DNA from: a virus
IMG/VR virus record: IMGVR_UViG_3300027702_000001
Reading direction: 5' to 3' (one strand)
Length of the DNA stretch: 64,000 bases
Shown here piece by piece: positions 6,869-16,144 of the stretch. Position 1 is the first letter of the stretch, and each line of letters begins with the position of its first letter. Below the pieces are notes generated by a model that was given only the letters and a program-made list of their open reading frames with translations, did no database searches and had not been told where the DNA came from. Position numbers and translations under genes: made by a program.

Positions 6869-7863
6869 ACTTTCTTCCATTGAGATAATTTTAATTTTGC
6901 TTGTAATCCTTGATAGGTATTTGATTCTACCAGGGTTTGTACGTTGTGTCCAGCAAGAACCATATCATTAAGATCCTTTTGTTGAATGCCTGACGGGAAG
7001 ATTACTACTTTGTAACCTCTGTCGATGGTGCTTGAGATCCTGTCGGTGATTTGTTTGTTACGTGGTTCGTTATCAAAAACATAAACACAATCGCTCCAAC
7101 CAAGCGACCTAGGATCAAGATCGGACCCACACATAGCAGCACCGTTTTCCAAGAAGAGGGAATCAAACGGTCCTTCCACGAGGTAGACTGGTTTTTTTGG
7201 ATCAAGTCTGTCTTGTCCAAAGACCTTTGGTTTGTTTTCATTATAAAGAATGGTTATATAACGGAGTCTGGAATTTGGCATTAGGGATCTACCCTGTACA
7301 CCAAACCATTGTCCGTCTTTATCAATTAACGGAATGATGATACGGGGTCTATCATTCTGGAGATTGTCAAATGTATGCTTCTGCGAGTTGATGTACTCTT
7401 TGAACTTATCTGCATAGTAGATGAGGTCGAGTTTCGACCCTGTAATGCCTCTTTGTTCAAGGTACTTTCTTGCGGGATGTTCATTATTTAGACTAGAAAT
7501 ATTTGGAAGGTTAGTCCCTGTTTTAAATACTGGTTTTGCTTTGAAGACATCTGGATTTGGATTGGCAACCCGTGTTCTTTTGCCTGTCAATCCATCCTTA
7601 TATCGTTCTAAAACATACTCTTCGTATATGTCTCTTGCTTGTTCTTTTAAGAAGTTGCCAAGAGTTCTCCCTACCCCACAGTTATGACACTTAAAGATAA
7701 TGTCATTCTGTTTGGTAAAGAAATACCCTCTCGCTTTAGATGCCTGCTTCTGGGAGTCTCCACAGTAAGGGCACCTAAAATTATAGAGGGTTGATTTCTT
7801 TTCTTTGAACTTATCAAGTCTTGACCCGACAATACGGGCGTACTTGATGTCAATGAAACTCAT
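6865..7863 (-). CDS. gp61: DNA primase (T4 gp61-like)
   Basis: Zn finger CPYCGD...CHNC, TOPRIM VEGPFDS and DNEPRN, KDLNDM. Confidence 0.95.
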   Translation of the reverse strand: MSFIDIKYARIVGSRLDKFKEKKSTLYNFRCPYCGDSQKQASKARGYFFTKQNDIIFKCHNCGVGRTLGNFLKEQARDIYEEYVLERYKDGLTGKRTRVANPNPDVFKAKPVFKTGTNLPNISSLNNEHPARKYLEQRGITGSKLDLIYYADKFKEYINSQKHTFDNLQNDRPRIIIPLIDKDGQWFGVQGRSLMPNSRLRYITILYNENKPKVFGQDRLDPKKPVYLVEGPFDSLFLENGAAMCGSDLDPRSLGWSDCVYVFDNEPRNKQITDRISSTIDRGYKVVIFPSGIQQKDLNDMVLAGHNVQTLVESNTYQGLQAKLKLSQWKKV

Positions 7864-7875
7864 TCCAACTTAAAA

Positions 7876-8259
7876 TTATTGATCGACGCTTCTAATGATA
7901 CTTGATTGATTGGTTCCTGTCAACACAGGTTTTATAATGTTCTGCCCTAAAGGACTAACAAGGAAACTTATGACACTGAGAGCACCGAAGATGGACCACA
8001 TCTTCTTCTCCATCATCCTGATCCTGTCATCTACCAGTCGGATGTCTCTCTCACATCCTTTCTTGATACTATCTGTTTCTCTATTGAGATCTGCGTGTAT
8101 CCTATCTATCTTTTCAAACAAAACTGTGTCTACCTGATCCTGTTTGCTGAGTTTTTCATTATGCACAGCAAGAAGTTGACCCATTCGTACAGAATTTTCC
8201 TGTAACGAATCGACCACCCGTTCGAGGCGTTCAATTATGGCGCTGTTAATGTCTGACAT
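7876..8259 (-). CDS. hypothetical coiled-coil protein with C-terminal hydrophobic segment
   Basis: ORF track; heptad pattern followed by WSIFGALSVISFLVS. Confidence 0.7.
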   Translation of the reverse strand: MSDINSAIIERLERVVDSLQENSVRMGQLLAVHNEKLSKQDQVDTVLFEKIDRIHADLNRETDSIKKGCERDIRLVDDRIRMMEKKMWSIFGALSVISFLVSPLGQNIIKPVLTGTNQSSIIRSVDQ

Positions 8260-9405
8260 TTACATTGATGCTTGTCGTTTTTCCCAATAATAATGTAGCA
8301 CTTGAGCAGGAAGCATCCGTGTAATTTTTACACCCTTCAACTTCTCAGGTCTGTAGATTTTACGAAGTCTAATCTTAACATCAGCAGGTGATTTACCTTG
8401 GAATATAAATTCAACATCTTCCATCTGCACTAGGAAAGATAAGTATCTTGCCTCAGTGGACTCACAAACTTTATTTATACCATCTGGAGATTTCTTACAT
8501 TTTGCTTTCTTCTTTGTCAGACCACCCTTGCCTTTCATCTTCTTCATAGTACCACCCAACGGTTGATCCATACCTGCGGTAGGTCCGTTCTCATCAGCAT
8601 CAGAGGAGAATCCTGCTCCATCTGCTCCTGATCCTGTACTCATTGTAGGTGCATCTTCGTGCACAAACTTCATACCCTTGGTTGCTTTATCCTTAAGTGC
8701 TTGACGCTTCTTAGGATCCATATTCTTTTCATAGTCTGCTAACTTCTTAGCATAACTAGGGTTATCCATTTTCTTTATTTGCTTTCTGTCTTCCTTGTCA
8801 GGTCCTGTATATACTGCTTCACTTTTGACACCACGCTTTGCCTTATGCTCTTCTCTTCTCTTAGAAATCATCTCACCTCTCTCTTCTGGAGGAGCAGCGT
8901 TACCACCCTTACCAAATTTTCTTTTGTTTCTAATAGATGCTTTGCCATAAGTTGAAGCACCTGCCTCATACTTTGCTTCAACAACAGCGCGAATTTGTTC
9001 TTTAACTTCTTTCTTCTTCTTATCTTTCTTATTGATACTACCTACTCTGGTATTACTATGTGATGTTCCACCTGGGGTTCCAGAGAACATCAGAGAACCA
9101 CCAACACCATAACTTTCTTTATGTTCTTTACCTGGCATCACTGTACCATCAGGCATCTTATGTGCATTCTTCTTAGGACCATAGGTGATACAAGGATCTT
9201 TACCACACCCACAGTTCTTTGTCTTCTCTTCCCCAATCTTCTGAGGTAAATTCTTTTCTTTTGTTTTAGCAAACTTATTAACTGCCTTCGCTCCCATATC
9301 ATTTGCAGCACGCTTCAACTCAGGCGATGGGTTATCCATCTCTCCCTTTTGGGTGGCACGTACCATACCCATAAATTTTCTTTGTGCTACAGACTTTGCA
9401 GGCAT
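8260..9405 (-). CDS. Lys-rich modular hypothetical protein (candidate internal head polyprotein)
   Basis: 381-aa ORF; short basic modules separated by hydrophobic-x-E sites. Confidence 0.75.
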   Translation of the reverse strand: MPAKSVAQRKFMGMVRATQKGEMDNPSPELKRAANDMGAKAVNKFAKTKEKNLPQKIGEEKTKNCGCGKDPCITYGPKKNAHKMPDGTVMPGKEHKESYGVGGSLMFSGTPGGTSHSNTRVGSINKKDKKKKEVKEQIRAVVEAKYEAGASTYGKASIRNKRKFGKGGNAAPPEERGEMISKRREEHKAKRGVKSEAVYTGPDKEDRKQIKKMDNPSYAKKLADYEKNMDPKKRQALKDKATKGMKFVHEDAPTMSTGSGADGAGFSSDADENGPTAGMDQPLGGTMKKMKGKGGLTKKKAKCKKSPDGINKVCESTEARYLSFLVQMEDVEFIFQGKSPADVKIRLRKIYRPEKLKGVKITRMLPAQVLHYYWEKRQASM

Positions 9406-9776
9406 CAGAGGTCACTCAATTGTTTACTTACGGATGGATCAACTTCCACATAATCTAGTGTCCCACATCCAGTTTCGGGGTATCTATTTAAGTACACCAA
9501 ATATGTTTTAAGGATGTCCCAATATTGTTTGTCAACCTTATAGACCAACAAAGGTATTGCAGCATCACCAAACACATTGAATAGTACGATCAAATGATTC
9601 AGTATTAAATGGTTACGAAGAACCCCAGTCTTAATGTATCTCCCGAAGAGACGCTTCAAATACTTGAAGCGCATCATATCTTCTAGGAAATCATCGTATG
9701 TTACTGACTGGGGATTATCGTAGTGTTTCATAGCGAACATCATAAAGTTGTCCGCTGTGAGTGTATTCAAATTCAT
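9405..9776 (-). CDS. conserved T4-like hypothetical protein
   Basis: NFMMFAMKHYDNP...RFKYLKRLF...LILNHLIVLFNVFG pattern recalled from T4-like phages. Confidence 0.8.
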   Translation of the reverse strand: MNLNTLTADNFMMFAMKHYDNPQSVTYDDFLEDMMRFKYLKRLFGRYIKTGVLRNHLILNHLIVLFNVFGDAAIPLLVYKVDKQYWDILKTYLVYLNRYPETGCGTLDYVEVDPSVSKQLSDL

Positions 9777-9794
9777 TACAAAGAGGGTTTATTA

Positions 9795-10616
9795 TTATGA
9801 ACTGAAGGTCAGTGCACCTGCGCCATTGGAAATAACTTCCTCTGTACCACCTGCTGAGGTGATTTTAACGCGATACTTGTAACCATCAAGGGCATCACTA
9901 GCAAGTCCACTGTAAGCAAGAGTTGCTGTAGTGAAGTCAGCGTATGTAATACCTGTGTCAAGGGAAGCACTGACATTGGTCCATCTAGAACCAGATGCCT
10001 TCTGTCTCTGCCAGACATAGACAAGTGCTCCTGGGGTACCAGTTGTGCTTGTAGTAACTGCGAATGTTCCTGCACCTGAAGATGAGGAAGAGTTAGCGGG
10101 TTGACCTGTGATAGTCACAGCAGAAGCAACGTCTGCTACCACTGTATCATCAGCGTCGTCACCAGCAGCACCAGCAGTCGCGTGAACGAATGCAAGACAC
10201 TCTGCCTTGTGACGTGTGTCACCTGCTGCAGTTGTGTATGTGTTATACAACCACCAACCAGGACCTGAGATACCACGAGACTTGTTCTCTGCTAGTACCA
10301 TCTCTGTGGTATCAACAAACACTAGGTCATATGACACGGTGTCTCCACCTTTGATGACATACTCGGCGACTGCTTTAGGAGGTGTTCTCCTTACAGCACC
10401 AGACAAACCTGCGTTTGTGCTACCTGCATATACTTTGTGCAATTCAATTGCAGTTGTACTTGTAACTTGTTTGACGATGTAAGCGACGTTTGCCAATTCC
10501 AGAACATCGCCGACAACAACCGTGTCTGCGGCATTCTTAGTAACTGTTGCGTCACCATTAGTGACTGCGACATTATTGGAGAACGTTGCTGCGTCGATTT
10601 TTCCGAAAACGGACAT
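9795..10616 (-). CDS. probable virion structural protein with C-terminal Ig-like domain
   Basis: T/A/G/S-rich; YVWQ...DGYKYRVKITS Ig-like pattern; preceded by a late promoter. Confidence 0.7.
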   Translation of the reverse strand: MSVFGKIDAATFSNNVAVTNGDATVTKNAADTVVVGDVLELANVAYIVKQVTSTTAIELHKVYAGSTNAGLSGAVRRTPPKAVAEYVIKGGDTVSYDLVFVDTTEMVLAENKSRGISGPGWWLYNTYTTAAGDTRHKAECLAFVHATAGAAGDDADDTVVADVASAVTITGQPANSSSSSGAGTFAVTTSTTGTPGALVYVWQRQKASGSRWTNVSASLDTGITYADFTTATLAYSGLASDALDGYKYRVKITSAGGTEEVISNGAGALTFSS

Positions 10617-10646
10617 CTTAATTTACTCCGAATGTTTCCTATATTT

Positions 10647-10654
10647 TATTTATA
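10647..10654 (-). promoter_or_regulatory. T4-type late promoter TATAAATA
   Basis: Exact consensus about 30 nt upstream of the 9795..10616 start. Confidence 0.7.
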
Positions 10655-10662
10655 CAAACACG

Positions 10663-10682
10663 AAAGGGACCCGTAGGTCCCT
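10663..10682 (-). terminator. probable terminator hairpin
   Basis: GGGACC-TACG-GGTCCC followed by TTT. Confidence 0.55.
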
Positions 10683-10695
10683 AGTGTCTGAGAGA

Positions 10696-10890
10696 CTAAC
10701 CCTGTGATGGGAATAGTGCTTTCTCAAGTGCCTCAACTAGTTGGTCATCAACAGTGTTGTCGGTTCTTGATACTGCTTTCTTTGCTAATGAGATGATCAA
10801 TTTCTTAATCAAGTCATCGATATTATCTGGAATCTTATCAACTGCTGCGTCGATAATTTTGATTGCGAAAGGTAGAAGGAATTTTGTCAT
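10696..10890 (-). CDS. small amphipathic hypothetical protein
   Basis: ORF track, 64 aa, in-line with neighbours. Confidence 0.7.
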   Translation of the reverse strand: MTKFLLPFAIKIIDAAVDKIPDNIDDLIKKLIISLAKKAVSRTDNTVDDQLVEALEKALFPSQG

Positions 10891-10926
10891 AATTAATAGA
10901 GAGAAACCTACTCTATATATGTGCGG

Positions 10927-11316
10927 TCAAGACCCCAGTCCTCGACCCTTGTCATAGTTATCCTTTCCACCGTATCGTGCTACCACATTAGTATAATCTT
11001 TGGTGGTTTTGAACCCACGTTTCTTAGCGTCTGCAGCAGTCGCTTTCTTTTTGTCTGCCATTGCTTTGTACTTACCAGTACCTGCATCAGACTTAGCACC
11101 TTTTGCTTTCTTCTGCTGACCAGTAGGTTTACCGTGCATCTGACGAATCATCCGCTTGACGTTAGATACAGCAGACTTACCCGACCCACCTTTTTGAGTG
11201 GGGGTTCCTGCAGCAGGAGTATTGAGACCAGTACGACCAGGGACACGTCCAGTGGACTTGCCAGTTTCTTTCTCGTAACGATTCAATTCACTGATAAATT
11301 GCTTGAAGGATTGCAT
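10927..11316 (-). CDS. basic protein with capsid-targeting-like N-terminus (MQSFKQFISE)
   Basis: N-terminus resembles T4 CTS MKTYQEFIAE; K/G-rich body. Confidence 0.7.
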   Translation of the reverse strand: MQSFKQFISELNRYEKETGKSTGRVPGRTGLNTPAAGTPTQKGGSGKSAVSNVKRMIRQMHGKPTGQQKKAKGAKSDAGTGKYKAMADKKKATAADAKKRGFKTTKDYTNVVARYGGKDNYDKGRGLGS

Positions 11317-11762
11317 TAGTGTTTATGCGATTCAACAATAACCAAATCTAGGTCAGTGACAGGAACGCTACTATACATTTGTTCTGCCTCATCTACGATG
11401 TCGTAGTGAGTAACAGCGTGAGTATGTCCATACTCATCAGGTTCTGCCATCTCTGCCAAGGTGTGTGCCTCAGGAATTGTATAGCACAGACCATACTCAG
11501 CGTGCTCAACATACTTAGCACAGATATGGGATTTCTTTCCCATTGCTTTGGCAACGGTCTTCCTACGATTCAACAGATACTTATCTGATTTATCGTGGTC
11601 ACCATCGTTGTCAATATCCTTGTCTTCTTTTCCGACAGGATCGAGTTTCTTTTTAGATGCTTCTTTCAGTTCAGCAAGTTCTGCCTGAAGAAGTGCGCGG
11701 ATTGACTCTTTCATCAGTAATTCCTTCTTGGGGTTGATAATAATTTTTGTTTTTTTACCCAT
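11316..11762 (-). CDS. hypothetical protein with DxDNDGD motif
   Basis: LDPVGKEDKDIDNDGDHDKSD motif; ORF track. Confidence 0.7.
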   Translation of the reverse strand: MGKKTKIIINPKKELLMKESIRALLQAELAELKEASKKKLDPVGKEDKDIDNDGDHDKSDKYLLNRRKTVAKAMGKKSHICAKYVEHAEYGLCYTIPEAHTLAEMAEPDEYGHTHAVTHYDIVDEAEQMYSSVPVTDLDLVIVESHKH

Positions 11763-11763
11763 T

Positions 11764-13740
11764 TTACTTTCCGAAGTTAGGGAAGTTCTTCTTGAATAAT
11801 TCAGATGCTTCCTTGTGCTTACCTTTGTTGGTAAGATCCTTAGTTTGTTTAAGGACTGCTCTCTTCTTTAGTTGTTCGGGTGTTGGTTCTTCCATAATCT
11901 GTTTGTTGTAAGCAAGTCTGTCTCTCCAAGACGCTGCATCAGGTTGGCGTGCCTGTGCATTGTCGTGGTCGTAAGTTTCTTGCTGCATTTGCATAAGGCG
12001 ACGTACCTTATCTGTTCTTGTTTCGTCCATAGTAGACTCTTCTCCTAGTTTTCTTGCGAGTTTATCAGACCCTTTAGAGATTGCTCTTGAGGTTTTACCA
12101 ATAACTTTTTTACCAAGATTACCTGCCGCTTTACCAGTTCGCTTAGCAGCGCCTACGCCAGCGCCGACTGCTTTTTTAAGACCTCTGCCGACTGCACCTG
12201 CAGCACGACTGAGAAGAGATCTCTTTTTGGTACCAGTCTCTGCTGAACCACCTGTTGAGGTAGGTGCAGATCCTGAAGAGGATGGAGAAGATGATCCAGA
12301 AGATGATCCACCTGATGAACCTGATGATCCACCTGATGAACTTCCAGATGATGATGAACTAGAAGCAGAACTTCCTTTGAGACCACGCTCTCTGCCTTTC
12401 TGGAATTCAGATTTAGCAGAGGACGCTGCACGTTGTGCTAGACCACTAGCATAACCTGCTCCTCTTACTGCTCCTTTTGCTGCTCCCTTAGCACCTGCTT
12501 TAGCAGCAGATCCTGCCTTAGCAAGTCCTTTCTTTACGATAGAACCTGCCTTGGAAGCAGCATTTTTCATACGCTCTACACGCTTGCCTCTAGAGATACG
12601 CTTTGCACTATCTTTAGATGCTTTTACAGCAGAGTCGTAATAATCTTCGGTGAGCAATTCGAATCCGTCCAAGATGCCGAGTGCTTCATTTAGATTCTGT
12701 TCTGTATCGAAATCTAAAAGTGCCTCTACAACAACATCTTGTAGGTCCTGCTCTGTAAGGATGTCAAACTCGTCACCGAGTTCATCTACAACATCCCATA
12801 CCCATTCCTCGTTAGCGGGTACACAGTTAGGAACGTCTTTACCGTTCTTCTTCTTGGTACCTTTAGCAACGTAACCGTCCCAACACGTACTAGCGCCGAC
12901 GTTTTTACGTGCTTGCTTAAGTCCTTCTCCAACCACAGTTTTAGGAGTCGCACCTTTTGCTTTAATAGATCTTTGATTCTCGCACTGAGGATCAACGGTG
13001 GACTGCTTTTCCTTAGGTGTGTCGATCTTACTTGATGCAGCACTTGGTTTGTTGTTAAGTGTTGCTGCATTAGCAGACTCCTTGAACTTCACAGGCATTG
13101 ATACTGTACCTTTGCCTGGAACATACTTAGTAGTTCTTGGATTCTTAGGATCGTCAGACTTAAAATCTTTGTGAATTTTATCATAATCTTTTTTAGACAT
13201 CTCTAACGCTTCATTTTTACTCTTAGCATTAGAATGATGTGATGGATCACCAAAAGCAGGGTTGTTTCTGTACTCTGGTTTCTGTTTCTTTTGTGCTGCT
13301 TCTAGTTTCTTTGCCTTTTTATCAAGGTAATCTTTCATAGCACCACCTGCCTTACCAGATCCTTTGGTAATACCATATGCACTACCTTCTTCTACTGAAG
13401 ATGGAGTTCCTGGTGCTTCAACTTCGTGCTCAATCACTTTACCATCGGCATCCTTCTCGTGATGCTCAACGTTTAGGGTCTTAGGATAATCCTTGTCACC
13501 CTTCTTAGCAGGTTCTTCACCACGCTTGCGCTTAGCGTGAATATTTGCCCAAAGACCTGCCTTACCTTCGATAATAACTTCAGCAATTGCCTTCTCAGTT
13601 GGTGTGACAAGACGCTTCTCTAGATAGGCATCACGTGCCTCTCCAGTGTAGTTATGCTCTGCGTATTCAACAACGTAAGTTACTGATTGTACGTCTGCTG
13701 GTGAATACTTCAGCAGTTTCGAAGTAATTTTTAAATCCAT
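11764..13740 (-). CDS. large modular Lys/Ala/Ser-rich protein (candidate internal head polyprotein)
   Basis: 658-aa ORF; alternating basic and acidic modules bounded by xxE sites; CTAAATA late promoter at 13763-13769. Confidence 0.75.
   Translation of the reverse strand: MDLKITSKLLKYSPADVQSVTYVVEYAEHNYTGEARDAYLEKRLVTPTEKAIAEVIIEGKAGLWANIHAKRKRGEEPAKKGDKDYPKTLNVEHHEKDADGKVIEHEVEAPGTPSSVEEGSAYGITKGSGKAGGAMKDYLDKKAKKLEAAQKKQKPEYRNNPAFGDPSHHSNAKSKNEALEMSKKDYDKIHKDFKSDDPKNPRTTKYVPGKGTVSMPVKFKESANAATLNNKPSAASSKIDTPKEKQSTVDPQCENQRSIKAKGATPKTVVGEGLKQARKNVGASTCWDGYVAKGTKKKNGKDVPNCVPANEEWVWDVVDELGDEFDILTEQDLQDVVVEALLDFDTEQNLNEALGILDGFELLTEDYYDSAVKASKDSAKRISRGKRVERMKNAASKAGSIVKKGLAKAGSAAKAGAKGAAKGAVRGAGYASGLAQRAASSAKSEFQKGRERGLKGSSASSSSSSGSSSGGSSGSSGGSSSGSSSPSSSGSAPTSTGGSAETGTKKRSLLSRAAGAVGRGLKKAVGAGVGAAKRTGKAAGNLGKKVIGKTSRAISKGSDKLARKLGEESTMDETRTDKVRRLMQMQQETYDHDNAQARQPDAASWRDRLAYNKQIMEEPTPEQLKKRAVLKQTKDLTNKGKHKEASELFKKNFPNFGK
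12270..12370 (-). repeat. low-complexity Ser/Gly-coding repeat (SSSSSGSSSGGSSGSSGG...)
   Basis: Repeated GATGATCCA/CCTGATGAA units on the plus strand, in frame within 11764..13740. Confidence 0.8.
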
Positions 13741-13761
13741 CTGTCGAAAATTTGCGTAATA

Positions 13762-14913
13762 CTATTTAGTCTTTCTGAAATCACTGAACTTCTTGACTCC
13801 CTGCCCAGGTGTCATTGCCTGAACTGCTTGTCTGTATGTATCAGTGCCGATCTTCCAATCGTTACCACTACCATCGTCTGCTGACTTGTGTAGTTCTTTG
13901 ACTTCCATAATAGAAGACAACCAAACGTTGAAGCGATAGTTTTGTGGAGTCTCAAAGATTACATAATTAGTTCCTTTCTTTACGATTGTTCCTCTTACAC
14001 CTGTATCTAGGTGCTCCACTATAGAACCAACTGTAAAGATTTTTTCTTCGAAGAACGCTTCACGAAGATTTTCCTGATCCAACTTAGGAGCGATGTTCCA
14101 AAGTTCAGAAACCTCTTCTTCCTGTTCTTGTTCTTGAATACCCATACCTGCACGAACTTCCATCATTAGTTGTTCAGCAAGTTTCTTTGCTTTGCTAGGT
14201 ACACCCTGAGCAAAACTTTCGAGGTCTCCTGATGCTGCAAACGCTCGCATCTTAGAAGCACTCATACCTTCTACACCCTCTGCATCAGGATCTCTTTCTC
14301 CTGCAGACATTACATTCAGTGTTTCAAATTCATATGCCTGACCATTGTACTTCTCAAGCAATGATTTGAATTCTGATACTCTATCAGAACCAACAACCAT
14401 CGTTACTTCTGAGTAACCCTCTTGATTGAGGTTAGAAAGTACATTGAAGATGTTAGACATATCGCCATCGTTGACGATAGCATCAGAATGATTTGGGAAC
14501 ATCTTTGTCATAAAATCAATCTTAACATCAGGTTCCAATGGATTCTTTTTAGGATCCACAGTACGTGATGGATAGATTCTATAACTATCAGCACCCTGTT
14601 CAGCAACAGTGTTCAATAATTTCTCGTGACCAACAGTAGGAGGATTGAAACGTCCAAAGGTTAGAGCAATATGTCCTAGACCTTCACCGCTTTCAATATG
14701 CTCATCTTCTGCTGCACCTTGATTCGCTCCATTCTGTGCTTGTTCTGCCTCTTTACCTGATACAGGCACAAGACGATTCCCTCCCTCAGACTTAGCAACA
14801 ATGTTACCTTGCCTATCAGCATAGTAACCGTGCCCTGCGTGTTGGAGTCCTCTCTTAGCAGCAACTTCACCTGCAGCGGTGCGTGCCTCAGTTATAAACT
14901 GACTGAACTTCAT
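13762..14913 (-). CDS. HIGH-superfamily nucleotidyltransferase (cyanophage 'cytidyltransferase')
   Basis: FGRFNPPTVGHEKL (HIGH-like), VGSDR, MSASKMR (KMSKS-like); start set at MKFSQFITE downstream of ATAAATA at 14938-14944. Confidence 0.85.
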   Translation of the reverse strand: MKFSQFITEARTAAGEVAAKRGLQHAGHGYYADRQGNIVAKSEGGNRLVPVSGKEAEQAQNGANQGAAEDEHIESGEGLGHIALTFGRFNPPTVGHEKLLNTVAEQGADSYRIYPSRTVDPKKNPLEPDVKIDFMTKMFPNHSDAIVNDGDMSNIFNVLSNLNQEGYSEVTMVVGSDRVSEFKSLLEKYNGQAYEFETLNVMSAGERDPDAEGVEGMSASKMRAFAASGDLESFAQGVPSKAKKLAEQLMMEVRAGMGIQEQEQEEEVSELWNIAPKLDQENLREAFFEEKIFTVGSIVEHLDTGVRGTIVKKGTNYVIFETPQNYRFNVWLSSIMEVKELHKSADDGSGNDWKIGTDTYRQAVQAMTPGQGVKKFSDFRKTK

Positions 14914-14943
14914 TGATATACTAGTGTTTTCCATTTCTATTTA

Positions 14944-16137
14944 TCACCCCCAATTTTTTTCTACTGTGAAGTTCGCTCTAGAGAACTCCAAACGGTCTAC
15001 AATTTTAAGTGCAGAACCTGATTTGATTGCCACAAAACCTTCTGGTGCAGTCACTCTGTAACCGTTATCAGTCTTAATATAGGTACCAATGTCTTTGACT
15101 TTGTTGAGTTGTTTGATGATCACCGCTTTAGCAGCAGTGATATTCATATAAGATGCAACAGTCATATAGACAGCACGTCCGTTTTGCTTCAAGAATTTCA
15201 TACCATTCTCTTTAATAGTGGCATACTTTTTCTTGGTTGTCTCTTGCTTCTTCAGACTGATCTCTTTATCAAGTGCTGCTGCATAGAATGCAGAGAATCC
15301 TAGTGCAACTTGCTGTGCATTTGTGATAGGTTTACCAGTCCTAATAAATGAGTTGAAATATACCTTGAACATAGCAGCAAGCATAAACTTACCTTCACCA
15401 CTAGTCTGTAGGATGTCTAAGAATCTAGATGCTTGCTTGAGAGAACCCTCTGCACGGTTAACTAACAGATCATACTTACTTCTCTCTGTAGGTTTGAATG
15501 TAGAAGCACCTGTAGCGTCAGTAAAGTTTGAAGAGAATACTGCAACGTTAGGTGTGCCCTGCATTCTTCTTGCATCTACACCAAATCCAGGTTTCATATC
15601 CCTGAGTGTAGGACCACCAGTGTATGTGGTATGAAATACAATACCAAGTTGACTTGTTGCTACCTTCTTACCCATAGGTGTGTTAACAGGTACAGCATAT
15701 GTGATGGTATTTGGCATAAAAGTATGACACTTCTGACCATTCATCGTCTTTGTTGATACATCACCTTTCGTGAACAATAAATCACCCTGCAATACACCAT
15801 TCATAGGTACCTGAGGGAGGAGACGCAAGCACATCTTTAGTTTCTTTGCCAGTTCTCCACTGTAATAACTATCAACATCCTCATCATTCATACAAAGTTT
15901 TGGCATCTTAGCGAAGACACCCTTAGTACCAACAAAAAACCTACCAGTTGAGGGATGTTTACCACAAATAACAGCAGGAGCACCGTCCCACTTAGTAGTA
16001 ACACCGACACCTGATGCAGGTTCAGTCAGCATCTTGCCCAGTTCCCTGAGAAATGCAATGGCATTGTGTCCACCTTTGGATCCTTGGTTCAAGATGTCAT
16101 CCTCGATGTGTTCGAGGTGAGTATTCTGCTTTGCCAT
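14944..16137 (-). CDS. conserved hypothetical protein with ATP-dependent ligase-like motifs (DUF6267-like)
   Basis: TKWDG (motif I), LQGD (III), PEGFV (IV), LKIVDR (V); fold assignment is inference. Confidence 0.6.
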   Translation of the reverse strand: MAKQNTHLEHIEDDILNQGSKGGHNAIAFLRELGKMLTEPASGVGVTTKWDGAPAVICGKHPSTGRFFVGTKGVFAKMPKLCMNDEDVDSYYSGELAKKLKMCLRLLPQVPMNGVLQGDLLFTKGDVSTKTMNGQKCHTFMPNTITYAVPVNTPMGKKVATSQLGIVFHTTYTGGPTLRDMKPGFGVDARRMQGTPNVAVFSSNFTDATGASTFKPTERSKYDLLVNRAEGSLKQASRFLDILQTSGEGKFMLAAMFKVYFNSFIRTGKPITNAQQVALGFSAFYAAALDKEISLKKQETTKKKYATIKENGMKFLKQNGRAVYMTVASYMNITAAKAVIIKQLNKVKDIGTYIKTDNGYRVTAPEGFVAIKSGSALKIVDRLEFSRANFTVEKNWG

Positions 16138-16144
16138 ACCTATA

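Noticed and set aside
12270-12370. Short tandem repeats as CRISPR-like array
   Set aside because: Degenerate 9-12 nt in-frame Ser/Gly codon repeats with no spacers and no cas genes
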